64,000 nt of DNA from contig OZ024741.1 of the NCBI GenBank assembly GCA_964016885.1, forward strand, positions 269,390,001 to 269,454,000, read 5' to 3'. This stretch comes from Eledone cirrhosa (taxonomy: Eukaryota). Shown here in pieces: positions 39,456-53,465 of this stretch (position 1 is its first letter; each line of letters begins with the position of its first letter). The notes beneath the pieces were generated by a model. It saw only the letters and a list, made by a program, of their open reading frames with translations, had not been told where the DNA came from and did no database searches. The translations under genes and the position numbers were made by a program.

Positions 39456-41436
39456 TTCAAAGGAATATAAATTAAAATAAGGAAAGAATGTTATATAAAT
39501 GTAATGTTCCATATTTTGGTATTTCACTATGGTGTCCTGGGTGTATCAATTGTCTGCCATAATCAAGCAGTATTCTTCTGTCGAAGCATTGTGTGAGATC
39601 TGCCTATGGGTAACAAGATGGCCGCCAATGGACATATTTACCTTACTAATTAGAGGCTGGTTTCAGGGGAAGTAACTCTTCGAGGGATTAGAAATTGTGG
39701 GTAGTTTATAGTTAAGTGCTAATTTTTTTAATTTTTTAATTGAAAGACAATGTAAGGGAGGTAACTTATCTAAGCTAGTTATAGCTATTTAACTTATTAG
39801 CTACAAGTAAAAATGGGGCAAGATGACTATGTTGGGTCAAATATTCTGTTGGCGAAGGAATTAGCCCTTCGATGTTGACAGCTAATAGTTACCTCCGTTC
39901 TATCGTTAATCGGTAGAAGTTGTGATAGAGTTATGTAATATGCTTCGGTAATACAGAAATCACAAGATTTTCTTCGTCCATTGAACCGTTGGGCCCTAGC
40001 TAAGATATTCCATGTAAGTGAGTGTTCAATGTTGGTTAATTTAAGGTTTTTAATGAGCCTAGCTAGAGATGTCGAACATCTGTTGTTAGGGTCTCGGAAG
40101 GAAAAAGAATGCGCGTTATAGCGTACCTTAAAAGGGTTAGAGGTAGACCCGATATAGGAGCTGGTATTCGAAGCAGTTTTAACCGTGCACCTATTAAAAG
40201 CTTCTTCTCTATGCTATCTAAACATTTCCCCACCAACCATAGATATTATAAACTCTTTAATAAAAGTAACATTAAAATCTCATTCTCCACAACACCTAAC
40301 CTAGCTAGCCACATCGATTCAGTAACCATCATAAACTAAGACTGTATAACTCCCACACCGCGGTACCACCACCCCTATCAAATACACCACGCCACTACAC
40401 CAATACTTACTCTAGTAGCACCCCTCCCCTCATCTAATCCTTCTAACACTGACCAACCGCTTAGGTTAAACTACCCTACTCTCACTAACTGCAGAAGTAA
40501 CTGCAACTGCCGTTACCCTAATGCATGCCCACTAAATGGGCACTGCCTGACACCCAACATAGTCTATAGGTGCACGGTTAAAACGGCTTCGAATACCTGC
40601 TCCTATATCGGGTCTACCTCTAACCCTTTTAAGGTACGCTATAACGCGCACTCTTTTTCCTTCCGAGATTCTAACAAGATATTCGACATCTCTAGCTAGG
40701 CTCATTAAAAACCTTAAATTAACCAACATTGAACACTCACTTACATGGGATATCTTAGCTAGGGCCCTACCGTTCAATGGACGAAGAAAATCTTGTGATC
40801 TCTGTATTACCGAAGCAAATTACATAATTCTATCACGACCTCTACCGATTAACGATAGAACGGAGGTAACTATTAGCTGTCAATATCGAAGGGCTAATTC
40901 CTTCGCTAACAGAATATTTGACCCAACTTAGTCATCTAGCCCCATTTTTACTTGTAGCTAATAAGTTAAATAGCTATAACTAACTTAGATAATTATAAGT
41001 TACCTCCCCTACATTGTCTCTCAAGTAAAAAATTAAAAAATTAGCACTTAACTATAAACTCCCACAATTTCTAATCTCTCGAGGAGTTACTTCCCCTGAA
41101 ACCAGCCTCTAATTAGTAAGGTAAATATGTCCATTGGCGGCCATCTTGTTAACCATAGGCAGATCTCACACAATGCAGCCTCGACAGAAGAATACTGCTT
41201 GATTATGGCAGACAATTGATACACCCAGAACACCATAGTGAAATACCAAAATATGGAACATTACATTTATATAACATTCTTTCCTTATTTTAATTTATAT
41301 TCCTTTGAATATAAGCCGCTCTATCTTTACCTATGTTAATTATTTTCAACTGAACCAGATCAATAATGATATATAGTCATTTGATCCAGAAATATTATAT
41401 GGAGTAGCGAAACAATTGTAAACGGACATTATTATT

Positions 41437-41620
41437 GGTGGATTGACAGTATCGGTAGAGGGTCAGACACCATGCTTTCCAGCATAGTTACGTCCCTCTA
41501 CGATCTGAGTTCAAATCCCGCCGAGGTTGACTTTGCTTTCATCCTTACGGGGTCGATAAAATAAAGTACCAGTAATGCACTGGGTAATTGCTGGCCTTGT
41601 GCCTAAAGTAGAAACAATTA
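41437..41620 (+). mobile_element. SINE family A inserted in the Naiad family 3 right arm
   Basis: Absent from the equivalent (ATT)n site in the left arm (~39330). Confidence 0.85.
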
Positions 41621-41904
41621 TTATTAATATTATTATTATTATTCTCTACATTCCTTACATCAAACTAAAATATGTTGACAATCTGTTAATAATGTCTTCC
41701 TTGTGAAATTTGTGGTCTTGTTTTCCTTAACTAATAAATATTTCCAGCTCTGTGCACCTAACTTCTGCATGAACCCACCCACCTAGCTGCTTTCCACTGC
41801 ATATTGCACATTGAGCACATGCCTTTACGCTTTGGCTTCTAACTAATTCACCAATCTCTCCTCTCCTATCTCCATCTCTCTCTTTAAGATTGGTTACTCT
41901 TGAA

Positions 41905-41945
<41 letters not shown>

Positions 41946-41981
41946 CGAGGGCAATCCCACAGTAACTCCGCGTTACACTCC

Positions 41982-42017
<36 letters not shown>

Positions 42018-42067
42018 AAGATGAATATAAAAAGAAAGTTCTTTTTTTAAAAAAAGGAATTTATTAG

Positions 42068-42185
42068 GTATTGACATATGTTTCTGTAACAGACGGAATA
42101 CCTATGTATCGCTGCTTGCGTAATCATATAATGTTAGCAGGTATTCGATAGAAAATGTATAATCAGTTGTCACTTCTTCAGAGAT
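42068..42185 (-). ncRNA. Degenerate hammerhead-like motif with a 90-nt stem II region
   Basis: CTGAAGA-a-gtgaca..tgttac-a-GAAA-catatg-TC; stem I pairing is poor. Confidence 0.5.
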
Positions 42186-42489
42186 TTTGGATAAATTGGA
42201 TAAAATCAGAAAAATTGAAGTATTTATATTAGTTGTAATAGAGGAAGAAGAGAGGGGGTAGTATATGACAGATGGTAATTCAATTTACTGCTAAACAAGT
42301 ATATAAAGGGTTTCTAATGAGAATACAATGAGTAAATGGTTTATTTTATCTAAATAAGAATTTTTGGGAGTGCCTATTTTAATCTATACTTGACCAATTG
42401 AACAATGGACAGGGCTGGTCATTTGGTGTAGTAGTAACCAGTCACCCTTGTATTATCATGCGACACTCTGTCTAGCCACTAATATCCCC

Positions 42490-43797
42490 AAACGCTTCTT
42501 CTCTATCCTATCCCTCCCCCAACCATAGATATTACAAACTCTTTAATAAAAATAACATTAAAATCTCATTCTCCACAACACCTAACCTAGCTAGCCACAT
42601 CGCGTTCAGTACCCATCATAAGCTAAGACAGTACAACTCCCACATCGCGTTACCACCACCCCTATCAAATACACCACGCCACTACACCAATAATTACTCT
42701 AGTAGCACACCTCCCCCATCTAATCCTTCTAGCACGGACCTACCGCTTAGGTTAAACAACCCTACTCTCACTAACCGCAGAAGCAACTGCAACTGCCGTT
42801 ACCCCAGTGCATGCCCATTAAATGGACACTGCCTGACACCCAACATAGTCTATAGGTGCACGGTTGAGACTGCTTCGAATATCAGCTCTTATATCGGGTC
42901 TACCTCTAACCCTTTTAAGGTACGCTATAACGCGCACTCTTTTTCCTTCCGAGACCCTAGCAACAGATGTTCGACATCGCTAGCTAGGCTCATTAAAAAC
43001 CTTAAATTAAACAACGTTCAAAACTCGTTAAAATAGGATATCGTGGCTAGGGCCCTACCGTTCAATGGACGAAGAAAATCTTGTGATTTCCGTATTACGG
43101 AAGCATATTACATAACTCTATCACGACCTCTACCGATTAACGATAGAACGGAGGTAACCATTAGCTGTCAACATCGAAGGGCTAATTCCTTCGCCAATAG
43201 AATCCTTGACCCAACTTAGTCATGTAGCCCCATTTTTACTTGTAGCTAATAAGTTAAATTGCTATGAACAACTCGATAATTATAAGTTACCTCCCCTACA
43301 TTGTCTCTCAATTAAAAACATTTAAAAATTAGCACTTAACTATAAACACCCACAATTTCTAATCTCTCGAGAAGTTACTTCCCCTGAAACCACCCTCTAA
43401 TTAGTAAGGTAAATATGCCCTTTGGCAGCCATCTTGTTACCCATAGGCAGATCTCACACAATGCAGCCTCGACAGAAGAATACTGCTTGATTATGGCTGA
43501 CAACTGATGCAACCAAGACACCATAGTAAAAACCAATATATGGAACAGTATAGTATGTAACATTATCCCATTATTTTATTTTATATTCCTTTGAAGTTCC
43601 GATGAGCCACTCTGTTTTTTAAATATGTTAATTATTTTCAACTGAACCAGATAAATTATGATATATAGTCATCTGAGTCATATATGGAGTAGCGAAACAA
43701 TTGTATACATTCCTTACATCAAACTAAAATATGTTGACAATCTTTTAATAATGTCTTCCTTGTGAAATTTGTGGTCTTGTTTTGCTTAACTAATGAA
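42490..43797 (+). mobile_element. Third 5'-truncated copy of Naiad family 3
   Basis: Homologous to 40196-41740 without the SINE. Confidence 0.85.
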
Positions 43798-45061
43798 TAT
43801 ATGTATATATACATATATACACACACATATATATATACACACACATATACATATACACACACATACATGCACACATATATACACACACACATATATATAT
43901 ACACATACATATATATACATCCCATATATATACTACACATATACACACACACAAATATATATATACACACATATACCATATATATATATACATACACCAT
44001 ACAAATATATACATATTATACAAACACACACATATATATATATATATACACACATACACAAATATATACGTATATATATACATACATATATCTTATACAC
44101 ACATACACATACACACTAAACATACATATATATTATACATATCTTGTACATACACATATATACATATATATATAGATCTCACATACACACAAATATATAT
44201 TTTCTACATACATACATGTTATATACACACTATATATATCCTATTCATATACCACACATATATCCCACACATATCATATACATCCTATATATACACTATA
44301 CATATCATACATACATATTATATATATCTCCCACATATATACACACACATATATACACACACACACATAAATATATACATACACTCACACACACACATAT
44401 ATATATATATCCCATACACACATATATATATACACACACATATATACATACACACACATATACACACACATACATATACATACATATAAACATATATATA
44501 TATTCAACACATTTTATATACACATACATACATACACATATATATTCCATATATACACATTTTATACCTCTTTCATATCTATATTTTTTTTACATATACA
44601 TATATATATACTAAATATATATACATATAAATGTATTATGCACATATTCATACATACATATACACACACACACATACATATATATACACATATCTATCTC
44701 ACACATACGCACGTGCATACATACACACATATATAAATATACACACACACATATGTACACATACACATACACATGTACACATATATCTGTATACCTACAG
44801 GTACAAATATTAAAAAAACACATCTATACATACATATATGTATAGATGTATACACATCTACTCAAGTGTTTAAGTTCATATATACATTGGTGTGGAGAAG
44901 GGGAAATTAATGAAATGTTATTGTACCTCTGAGGGATGTTCTTCTCTTCAGCGATCGAATGTTTGAAAGTACGGGTGTCATCAACTATTTTTCTTTTTCA
45001 AAATGATATATTTTTTAAAGAAAAGAGAGGGGGGAGAATCCCGTTGCTTGAAGATGGAATA

Positions 45062-48000
45062 TCACTTTTTTGTGTTCAGTAGTGGTTTGTATTTTCTAAT
45101 AAAGAATTCTTCTTTATATTTTCGGAAGTGTTCGTTGCCCGACCATATCTTAAAGAAGGGGAAAATTGTGAAATTTCCCTTTCCGCACGTTGCTAAGTGT
45201 TCACTGCATGTGGTGTTTCTGACAGAGGGCTCTCTAATTTGTTGTTTATGTACTCGAACTCTGTCATGTAGACCCGTTCCGGTTTCACCAATGTAGTATT
45301 CTTTACATTGTGGGCAGGTTGTGCAGTAAATCAAGTGTTTTGTTTTGCAATTCATGTTTGCATTAACTGTGAAAGACTGGTTGTTTTTAAAGGAGATTTG
45401 TCCACCCTCTTCAATGAGTTCGCAAGTTCCGCATCGAGGGTCCTCGTATTTCTTAACTTGCATTGTTTCATTATTAAACGTAAATTTTGCCTTGGTAAGC
45501 ATTTTCTTTAGGTTCGGTTCTTGGCGTCTACTATATATAATTTGTGCGTCTTTTATGAGTGCATTCATTTTAGGGGAGTGCTGGAGAATCGGAGATATTG
45601 TTTGGCGGCTTTTACAATGTTGAAGTTCCTTGGATTGTGAGTGATGACAAAAGGGATAACTGTTTTTTCCATTCTATTTTGTTGCTTTGTTTTTCTCAGT
45701 GTTGTCACTGGGATGTTCTGGGCTTTGGAGATGGCTGTGTGATGAGGTTCACCGGATATTCTTGTCTCTTAAGGAACTTTTTTAATTCATATAATCTTTT
45801 TTCCTGTAGTGTGTGGTGTGTCACTATGGTGCAGATGCGTCTTGCCATGTTAAAAGGAATGTTCCTTTTGGTATGTGATGGGTGTGCTGAACGGAAATTC
45901 AAGTATTGGTGCATGTCTGTTGGTTTATAAAATAAGGTCGTTTTGATATTTTCCCCTTCCTTAATGATAAGGATATCCAGAAATGGTAGTCCCTTTTTAT
46001 TACATTCCATGGTGAATTTTATTTCTTCGTGAAGATTGTTTATGATGGAATGGAATCTTTGAAGGTCTTCTTGGCTTCTATTCCAGAAGATGAAGCAGTC
46101 GTCTTGGTAGCGTTTCCAGTTGTGATTAATGTTGGTGGCGAAGTCACAACTGAATGTTTCCTGCAGTTTGGAATTTAATGTTGCATATGCTGGGGCCACT
46201 TTGGTACCCAATGCCGTTCCTTTTATTTGTAAATATAGTTCGTTATCAAAAAGGAAGTAGTTGTTCTCCAGTACTAGTTTGAGTCCTTCCAGAATAATTT
46301 TTTGGGGAAATCTCTCTGGATGTTTTGTAATCCAGAAGTCAACAGCTTCAACTCCTAAGTCGTCTGGTATGTTAGTATATAAGCTTGTTACGTCAAAGCT
46401 GACTAAGATTGTTTCTTGGTGTACTTTCTGGGGGATTTAGTTCAGGAATTCCATATCATCTCTGATGAAGCTTGGCACTTTTTTACATAAGGGTTTCAGT
46501 ATGATGTCTAATAGGTTGCTTAGACGTTGTGTGCTTGAGGCTGGACCGGCAACAATTGGGCGTAATTTTAAATCTGTCGGTTGTGGTACTTCAACATATG
46601 ATGTATATGTTGTTTTGGATTTCTCTGGATTTGCGAACCTTCGGTAAACCATAGAAGTTGCTGGTTTTCATTTCGAAGTTGGTTAGGTAACTGATTTCCT
46701 TTAGTGTGACGTTGTTTTGGTACTTGCTGATTTTTCTGTAAAAGTCCTCGTTATTCAACTGTTCTAGGACCATATCCTTGTAGTGGTTTTTGTCCATGAT
46801 GATGATTGCTCCACCTTTGTCCGCTTCTTTTATGATTATTGAGGAGTCTTTTGTTGTTTGTTTGGTGCTTGCAGTTGGTCTGTAGGGATGTTGTTTTTGT
46901 GTTTCGTCTCTGCAGTATTTGACTGTGCTGATCGTCGGAGGTAGGTTATGTAGTCCACCAGGTGTTTGTCTCTATTTAACGAAAGCCTAAAGTTCTTTTT
47001 GTTTCTTACTAGTGATTCCTCCTCGTATTCTACACCCTGGAAGAATTCTCCTAGACGTAATTTTTGACAAAAATCTTCTGTGTCTTTTATAAGGTCGGCT
47101 TGATCTGCTTTTGGAGTGGGTGTGAATTTCAATCCATTTTCTAGTAATTTTATTTCCTGTTGTGTTAGTTCTTTTGCCGATATGTTGATTATTTTTGGTT
47201 CCTTTGGAGTTTTCTCGTCGGGTGCCACTTGAAGGGTGGTGTTTTTTTTCTTTTTTCCTTTCATTTAGTGGGAGGCACCTTGTTCTAAAAAATAATAATT
47301 CCCATTTGAGGTAGCGGTATTTCTGTTGTGGTGAAATGTTCTGTTCGCTGGCATTTCCTGTTGATAATTTTCTGAACGGTAGTATTTTGCATGGTGGTTG
47401 ATATATGGGGGTCTAGTTCTTCTGTTGTTCCGTTCGGTCCTCATATGCCTCCGATTTTGCCGCTGGTAATTGTTCTTGGAGTTTTGATAGTAGTTGTATC
47501 TGGTTCTGGTGTTCAGTATTTGGTTTGTGTATAATTGTGTGTTTGGGATTCTCAGATTTCTCGTTGATGTTTGTTTATTGTGTGAGAATTCTTCATTTCT
47601 TGTGTTTTTGTATATTCCCAAATTTGAGGGTTTCTTATGGGCTTGTTTAGGGGATTTTATTTGGACTTTCCCATAGTTTTTTTCATATTCTTGTAGCCAT
47701 TGTGTTCTTGACTCCAAGATTTTCTTTGATTTCATTTCCTCTCTGGTTGCATCATTCTTCCAAAGGTCAAAAGAGTTTTTCTCGTACATTACCGATGCTT
47801 CTTTTGTTTATTTCTTCGCTAATCGTGGTGTCACATCTTTCGAATTTCTCTTTAAATTTTGGCACTCTTAGACGGAGTAGAGTGATTTCTGTCTCAAGTT
47901 TCTGGAGTGCTAGATTTTGTCTTGTTTTGGTTTGTTTATTTGGTTCTGATGTTATTTCTTTAATCCGAAATTTTCTCGGAAGGATGACTTGTTCTTTACT

Positions 48001-48325
48001 TCGCCATATCTCATATGTCTCCGCTAGGTTTTCACTCCTCAAGGCTTTCCAGTATGCCTGTTTTCTTTGGCTTAGTATTTGGTTCCAAATATTTCTCATG
48101 TGGTTTACTTTTTTTGAAAGTTTCTTTTTCCAGATTCAGTTCATTCCATTCTTTGAACGGATTTTGAATGGTGGAATTATGGTCGTGTGTAACTATTTCA
48201 AAGGGTGAAATTTGTTCTTGTTTCTGGCGGTCTGCAATTAGGGAATCGAGCTTCTCCCTATAGCTGCGTGTTTGTTGTTCCATTTGATATACGGCATTAG
48301 TAAGAGAGTCGTACTTACTTATCAT
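45062..48325 (-). pseudogene. Near-full-length Neptune-type PLE RT + GIY-YIG, decayed
   Basis: GLKFTPTP, FYGLPKV, LRPIVAG, MGTKVAPAYA, RYQDDCF, LPFLDI, YKPTD..H; PRCGTC and IYCTTCPQCKEYYIGETG. Several stops and frameshifts; long basic N-terminal extension. Confidence 0.9.
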
Positions 48326-48429
48326 TATGGAGAGTTTTTCTAGATCTCCTGTAATATTGTCTCCGATTTGAAAGATTCAGTAACAGATTTTGAACGTGTG
48401 TTAACGATTCTGTCGTGTACAAGGTGGTA

Positions 48430-48615
48430 GAATATTGGAAAATGTGTGAGATCCTTGGTACAGTTAGGTATACTTGAACAAAAAAAGGAAAAGAATGACT
48501 TCACTTATAGTGTTCAAAAATATTTGATTTAATGTTATAATATTATAATATTATGAGTTGGTAGATCCAGTAAGTTCTTTGTTAACTCCGGTGGGAAAAG
48601 TTTTAGAGATTCCTG
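48430..48615 (-). repeat. Upstream terminal repeat of the Neptune element
   Basis: Shared with 20770-20945 and 49090-49285. Confidence 0.7.
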
Positions 48616-48771
48616 CTACGCCGGGAACCTCTGCTAGTATCTAATATATCAGACTTTGTACCTAAAGGATTGACTCAGCGAAACAGGGAATCTACCTTTG
48701 GATCTCACTGAATTACTAGCTAACAGATTACATTGAGCTCTAACAACGGTATAGACCCTACCACGAAATGT

Positions 48772-48830
<59 letters not shown>

Positions 48831-48986
48831 CAATATCGGAGAAAGCTTTTTAGCGATACTCCGGCCAAATTCCAACTCACTCAACAAACATTAGGAAATA
48901 AGTGATTATATTCCCAATTATGTGTTCGGGGTGCTAACTAAAAGTATTGCGTGGAAAATTGGCTGTATTATTTCAAATGAGACATA

Positions 48987-49040
<54 letters not shown>

Positions 49041-49611
49041 GTGGTATATATATATATATATATATACCACCTTTTTTTCAAATATATATATATATATATT
49101 TGAAAAAAAAGGAAAAGAATTACTTTTTTTTAATTTAATGTTATAATATTATAATATTATGAGTTGGTAGATCCAGTAAGTTCTATGATAACTTCGGTGG
49201 GAACAATTTTAGATATTCCAGGTTAACTTGGGTTGGAGAACTTTCTCGCATTCGTCTGTCTGTGACGATTGTCAAACTGAGATCAGGTTGTGTGACTATA
49301 TATAAGAGAGATTTGGATGTGTCTGGGGTGTGGCGTGTGGTGTTAATGAGTGTTGATGGTTATGAAGGTCCGGAGGAATTAAAGTATACCTACATACACA
49401 CACACACACACACACACATGTACACACACATACATACACACACACATATATAAATACACACTTAGGAAATGGTGAGGTTGTAAGATAAGGGTGTTTGAGA
49501 GGGTAGTCGTAAACATACTCTCCTGCTGGTTTTATTTCATTAGCTGACCTTTGATGAGTATATAATGGCATAGCTGAATCAACTCTTCCTAATCCATAAA
49601 GAATATCCTCT

Positions 49612-49693
<82 letters not shown>

Positions 49694-50849
49694 GAAAATA
49701 GAGAAATTAATGTAAGCAAAAAGCCAAAAATAATTCAGACATATAAGTGACTATAACATCAAGATGAAAATATTTAACGTAAGATGTGAGATAAGTAATA
49801 CGATCTTAATTCAAAACAAGTCAAGATAAAACACTTTAACCTCAGACTTTGTGTAAGTTGGGGAAAAAAGCAATACAATCTTAACTCAAAATAAAATCAA
49901 GAAAATTAACCGTCAATTTTTTGGAAAACTACAAATGCACTATATAGTCTTAAAAGACTATTTCACGAAACTTTTCAGTGGGGTTAGTCACGGTTGGCAT
50001 CGATCTTCAGTAGTGCTCAATGCATTAACTAAATCACACTGCTAAAATGCCGGAGGGGAATTAAAAGCAGGCAAGCGAACAGCGTGTAGAATTGAAATAA
50101 CAAAACACACGTGGACACACGCTAGTGATGCCGGGATGAGACGAAAATCTGTTTAAAAGAAACACCAGTCAAAACATTCCGAAAAAAAAACAACAAAAAT
50201 ATGGAGTTCAGCATAAGTAATATTATCGCAGTTTAAAAAAAAAAAACTGGGATTAGTCACACATATTAATAAGCACTCTAGGAAATATATATATATAAGG
50301 AAAAGAAATCGAAAATGCAACTGGAGTTTTTTATGAATATTTATTTATTTCCTTTACCGGTTTCACAGTTCTTATGCTTTTCAAAACTAAAACTGAGATG
50401 GAGGGTTTGTGGGTTGTCTCGCATCTGGTTCGTGTTCGAAAGTTCTTTCTGCTTTATGTGGAAAGAGTGGCTCGAATTGCTGGGTTTTTTTAAAAATGTA
50501 ATTTGGTTAGTTAATTACTGTCACTTGAATAAGTACAATAAATTTTGCGCCAGTTCGTGTTCTAAAGTTCTTATTGCATTTGCCTTAAAAAATGTGGATC
50601 AAATTGTTGTACCTTTATAAATGTAATTTGGTTGCTTGATGACTGTCAAGTGAATAAGTACATCAAATTTCGCACCAGTTCCTGTTTGAATGTTCTTTAT
50701 TGCCATTTTAATTGTTAGTCAAAGTCACATGATTGGCCATATAATATAGGTGCCAGAATTGGATGGTTTGTCATAGAAAGATTTGTGCCAAACAAAAAAT
50801 AATGGTCAAGAAATGGGAGGAGGTTCAGTGAGTATGGCTGATGTCGTGC

Positions 50850-50995
50850 AGTATCGTTAGAGGGTCTGACGCCATGCTTTGCAGCAAAGAGTTACGGCCC
50901 TTTATGATCTGAGTTCAAATCCCGCCGAGGTTAACTTTGCCTTTCATCCTTACGGGGTCGATAAAATAAAGTACCAGTAATACACTGGGATAATT
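50850..50995 (+). mobile_element. SINE family A, 3'-truncated
   Basis: Matches the other copies and runs directly into (GGT)n. Confidence 0.8.
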
Positions 50996-50997
50996 TC

Positions 50998-51104
50998 TGG
51001 TGGTGGTGGTGTTGGTGGTGATATAGTGATGGTGGTGGTGCTGGTGGTGCTGGTGTTGGTGGTAGTGGTGGCTGGGGTGGTGATGGTAGTGGTGGTGGTA
51101 GTGG

Positions 51105-51135
<31 letters not shown>

Positions 51136-52830
51136 GCTGGTAGTGGTGGGGGGTTTTGAAAGTGGTAGTTGTAGTGGTAATGCTGGTCGTAGTAGTGATG
51201 AGAGATTTGCTGATGATGTTGGTGCTGGCGTTGGCGTGGTGGTGGTGGTGGTGGTGGTGGCCATGGTTGTGGTGTTGGTGTTAGTTGTAGGGGTGGTGGT
51301 GGCGCCGCTGGTGGTGCTGATAGGGTGGTGGTGGGGATAGGGCTGAGGCTGCTAGTTGTAGTGATGATGGTATTGGAGGTGTTGATGTTGGTGGTAGTGG
51401 TGATGTTGTTGATAGTGGTGTGGTGATGATGGTGGTTTTATTGGTGGTGGTGCTATTGGTGGTAGTGGTGGTCATGTTGATGGTGGTGGTGGTGGTGGTG
51501 ATATTGGTGGTAGTGGCGGAGATGTTGGTGGTAGTGGTGATCATGGTGGTAGTGGTAGTTGTGGTGGTGATGTTGGTGATGGTTGTGGTGGTTGTAGTGA
51601 TGGTGGTGGTAGTAGTGATTATAGTGGTTATGGTGATGGAGGTGGCCATGTTGGTGATAGTGGTGGTTATGGTGGTGTTGATGGTAATGATGGTGGTGAT
51701 GGAGGTGGTAATGATGGTGGTGATGGAGGTGGTGATATTGGTGGTAGTGCTGGTGATATTGATGGTAGTGGTGATGGTGGTGGTAGTAGTGGTTATGGTG
51801 ATGGTGGTGATGGAGTTGGTCATGTTGGTGGTGGTGGTGGTAATGATGGTGGTGATGGAGGTGGTGATATTGATGGTAGTGGTGGTAGTGCTAGTAGTGG
51901 TGGTTGTGCTGTTGGTGGTGTGTGTGGTAGTAGTAGTGGTGGTGGTGGTGGTGGTAATGTTAACTGTAGTTAATTACCAGTGCTAATTATTGATATCGGG
52001 TAGTGATTAGAAGTGTCGTGGTGTTGGCGGGGCGGATTACTAATTACTACTGCCATTATTGTTATCTTTGGTAGTGACAATGGTGGTGGTGGTGGTGCTG
52101 GTGGTGATGTTGGTAGTGGTGCAGTGGTGGTGGTGATACTGGTGGTGGTGGTGATGTTGGTAGTGGTGCAGTGGTGTTGGTGATACTGGTGGTGGTGGTG
52201 GTGATGATGGTGGCGATACTGGTGGTGGTGGTGGTGATGATGGTGGCGATACTGGTGGTGGTGGTGGTGATGATGGTGGTGGTGTGGTTGTAGTTGTTGG
52301 TGGTGGTGTTGGTGGTGGTGGTGCAGTGGTGGTAGTAGCGGTGGTTGTTTTGGTGGTGGTTTAGTGGTGGTGGTGGTGGTGGTGATGGTGGTGGTGATGA
52401 TGGTGGTGATACTGGGGGTGATAGTGGTGGTGGTGTTGGTGGTGGTGGTGGTGGTGTAGTTGTCGTTGTTGTTGTTGGTGGTGTTGGTGGTGGGAATGTG
52501 GTTGATGTGGGTGGTTGTTGTTGTTTTGGTGGAGGTGGAGATGTGGTTGTTGTGGTACTTTTAATGGTGGTGATGGTGTTGGATGTAGTAGTGGTGGGGG
52601 AGGTGTTAGTGGTGATAATTGCTGCGGCGGCGGCGGTAGTGGTAGTGGTGGTGGTAGTAGTGATGATGGTGGTGATGGTGTTGGTAGCAGTGGTGGTGAT
52701 GGAGGTGGTACTGGTGATTGTAGGTGATGGTGGCGGCGGTGTTGATGGAGGTGATGGTGGTGGCTGCGGTGGTGGTGGTGATGGTGGTGGTGGTGGCGGT
52801 GGTAGTGATAGCAGTGGTGGCAGTATTGTT
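50998..52830. repeat. Degenerate (GGT/GAT/AGT)n trinucleotide tract, ~1.8 kb
   Basis: Direct inspection. Confidence 0.95.
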
Positions 52831-53116
52831 AATGATGGCAATTATAACGGAAGATAGGTTGATGGTTGGCTAGTTGATAACGGATAGTATCGATGGTATT
52901 GATGAGATCCGTTATTGGTTTTATAGTGATTAGAGTCATTAGTGGAAAGACAGGCAGAGAATGGCAAGGAACGGGGGTGAGGTTGCTGTGGGTTTCGGGG
53001 GAGTGACGAAAAGGAGATGATTTTAAAATATATGGAGATAATATTCAGAATCAGCAAATACAATGTTTAGCATTCATAAGCAAGTATATTGGATTTTTGT
53101 ATTCCGTATGTATTTA

Positions 53117-53175
<59 letters not shown>

Positions 53176-53192
53176 GTGTGTGTGTGTGAGTA

Positions 53193-53255
<63 letters not shown>

Positions 53256-53298
53256 ACTACTGTACGTCTGTATACATATATGTATGTACGTATACATA

Positions 53299-53379
<81 letters not shown>

Positions 53380-53465
53380 CGTATACATACTTATATATAT
53401 ATATACATTTCGTTTCTGAATTTGTTTAGCAAGAATCTTTATCTGAAAACGTGTGTTGAAACCGA

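Larger units (their letters stand above)
39205..41740. mobile_element. Naiad family 3 inverted pair (minus copy 39205-40194, plus copy 40196-41740)
   Basis: Plus copy encodes decayed KHFPTNH..KISFSTTPN..CNCRYPNACPLNGHC..VYRC..YIGST; ~1-kb diverged inverted arms. Confidence 0.88.

Noticed and set aside
48611-48638. Helitron 3' end (ctacgccggg..ctagt)
   Set aside because: Too short, with no associated 5' end or body.
49700-50830. Host promoter or exon (CCAAT box, 101-aa ORF)
   Set aside because: No recognisable protein similarity or gene structure; a single short motif is not sufficient.
50950-52857. Mucin-like poly-Thr/Pro or poly-Val/Gly proteins
   Set aside because: Open on both strands simply because of the trinucleotide repeat; no domain, signal or splice evidence.
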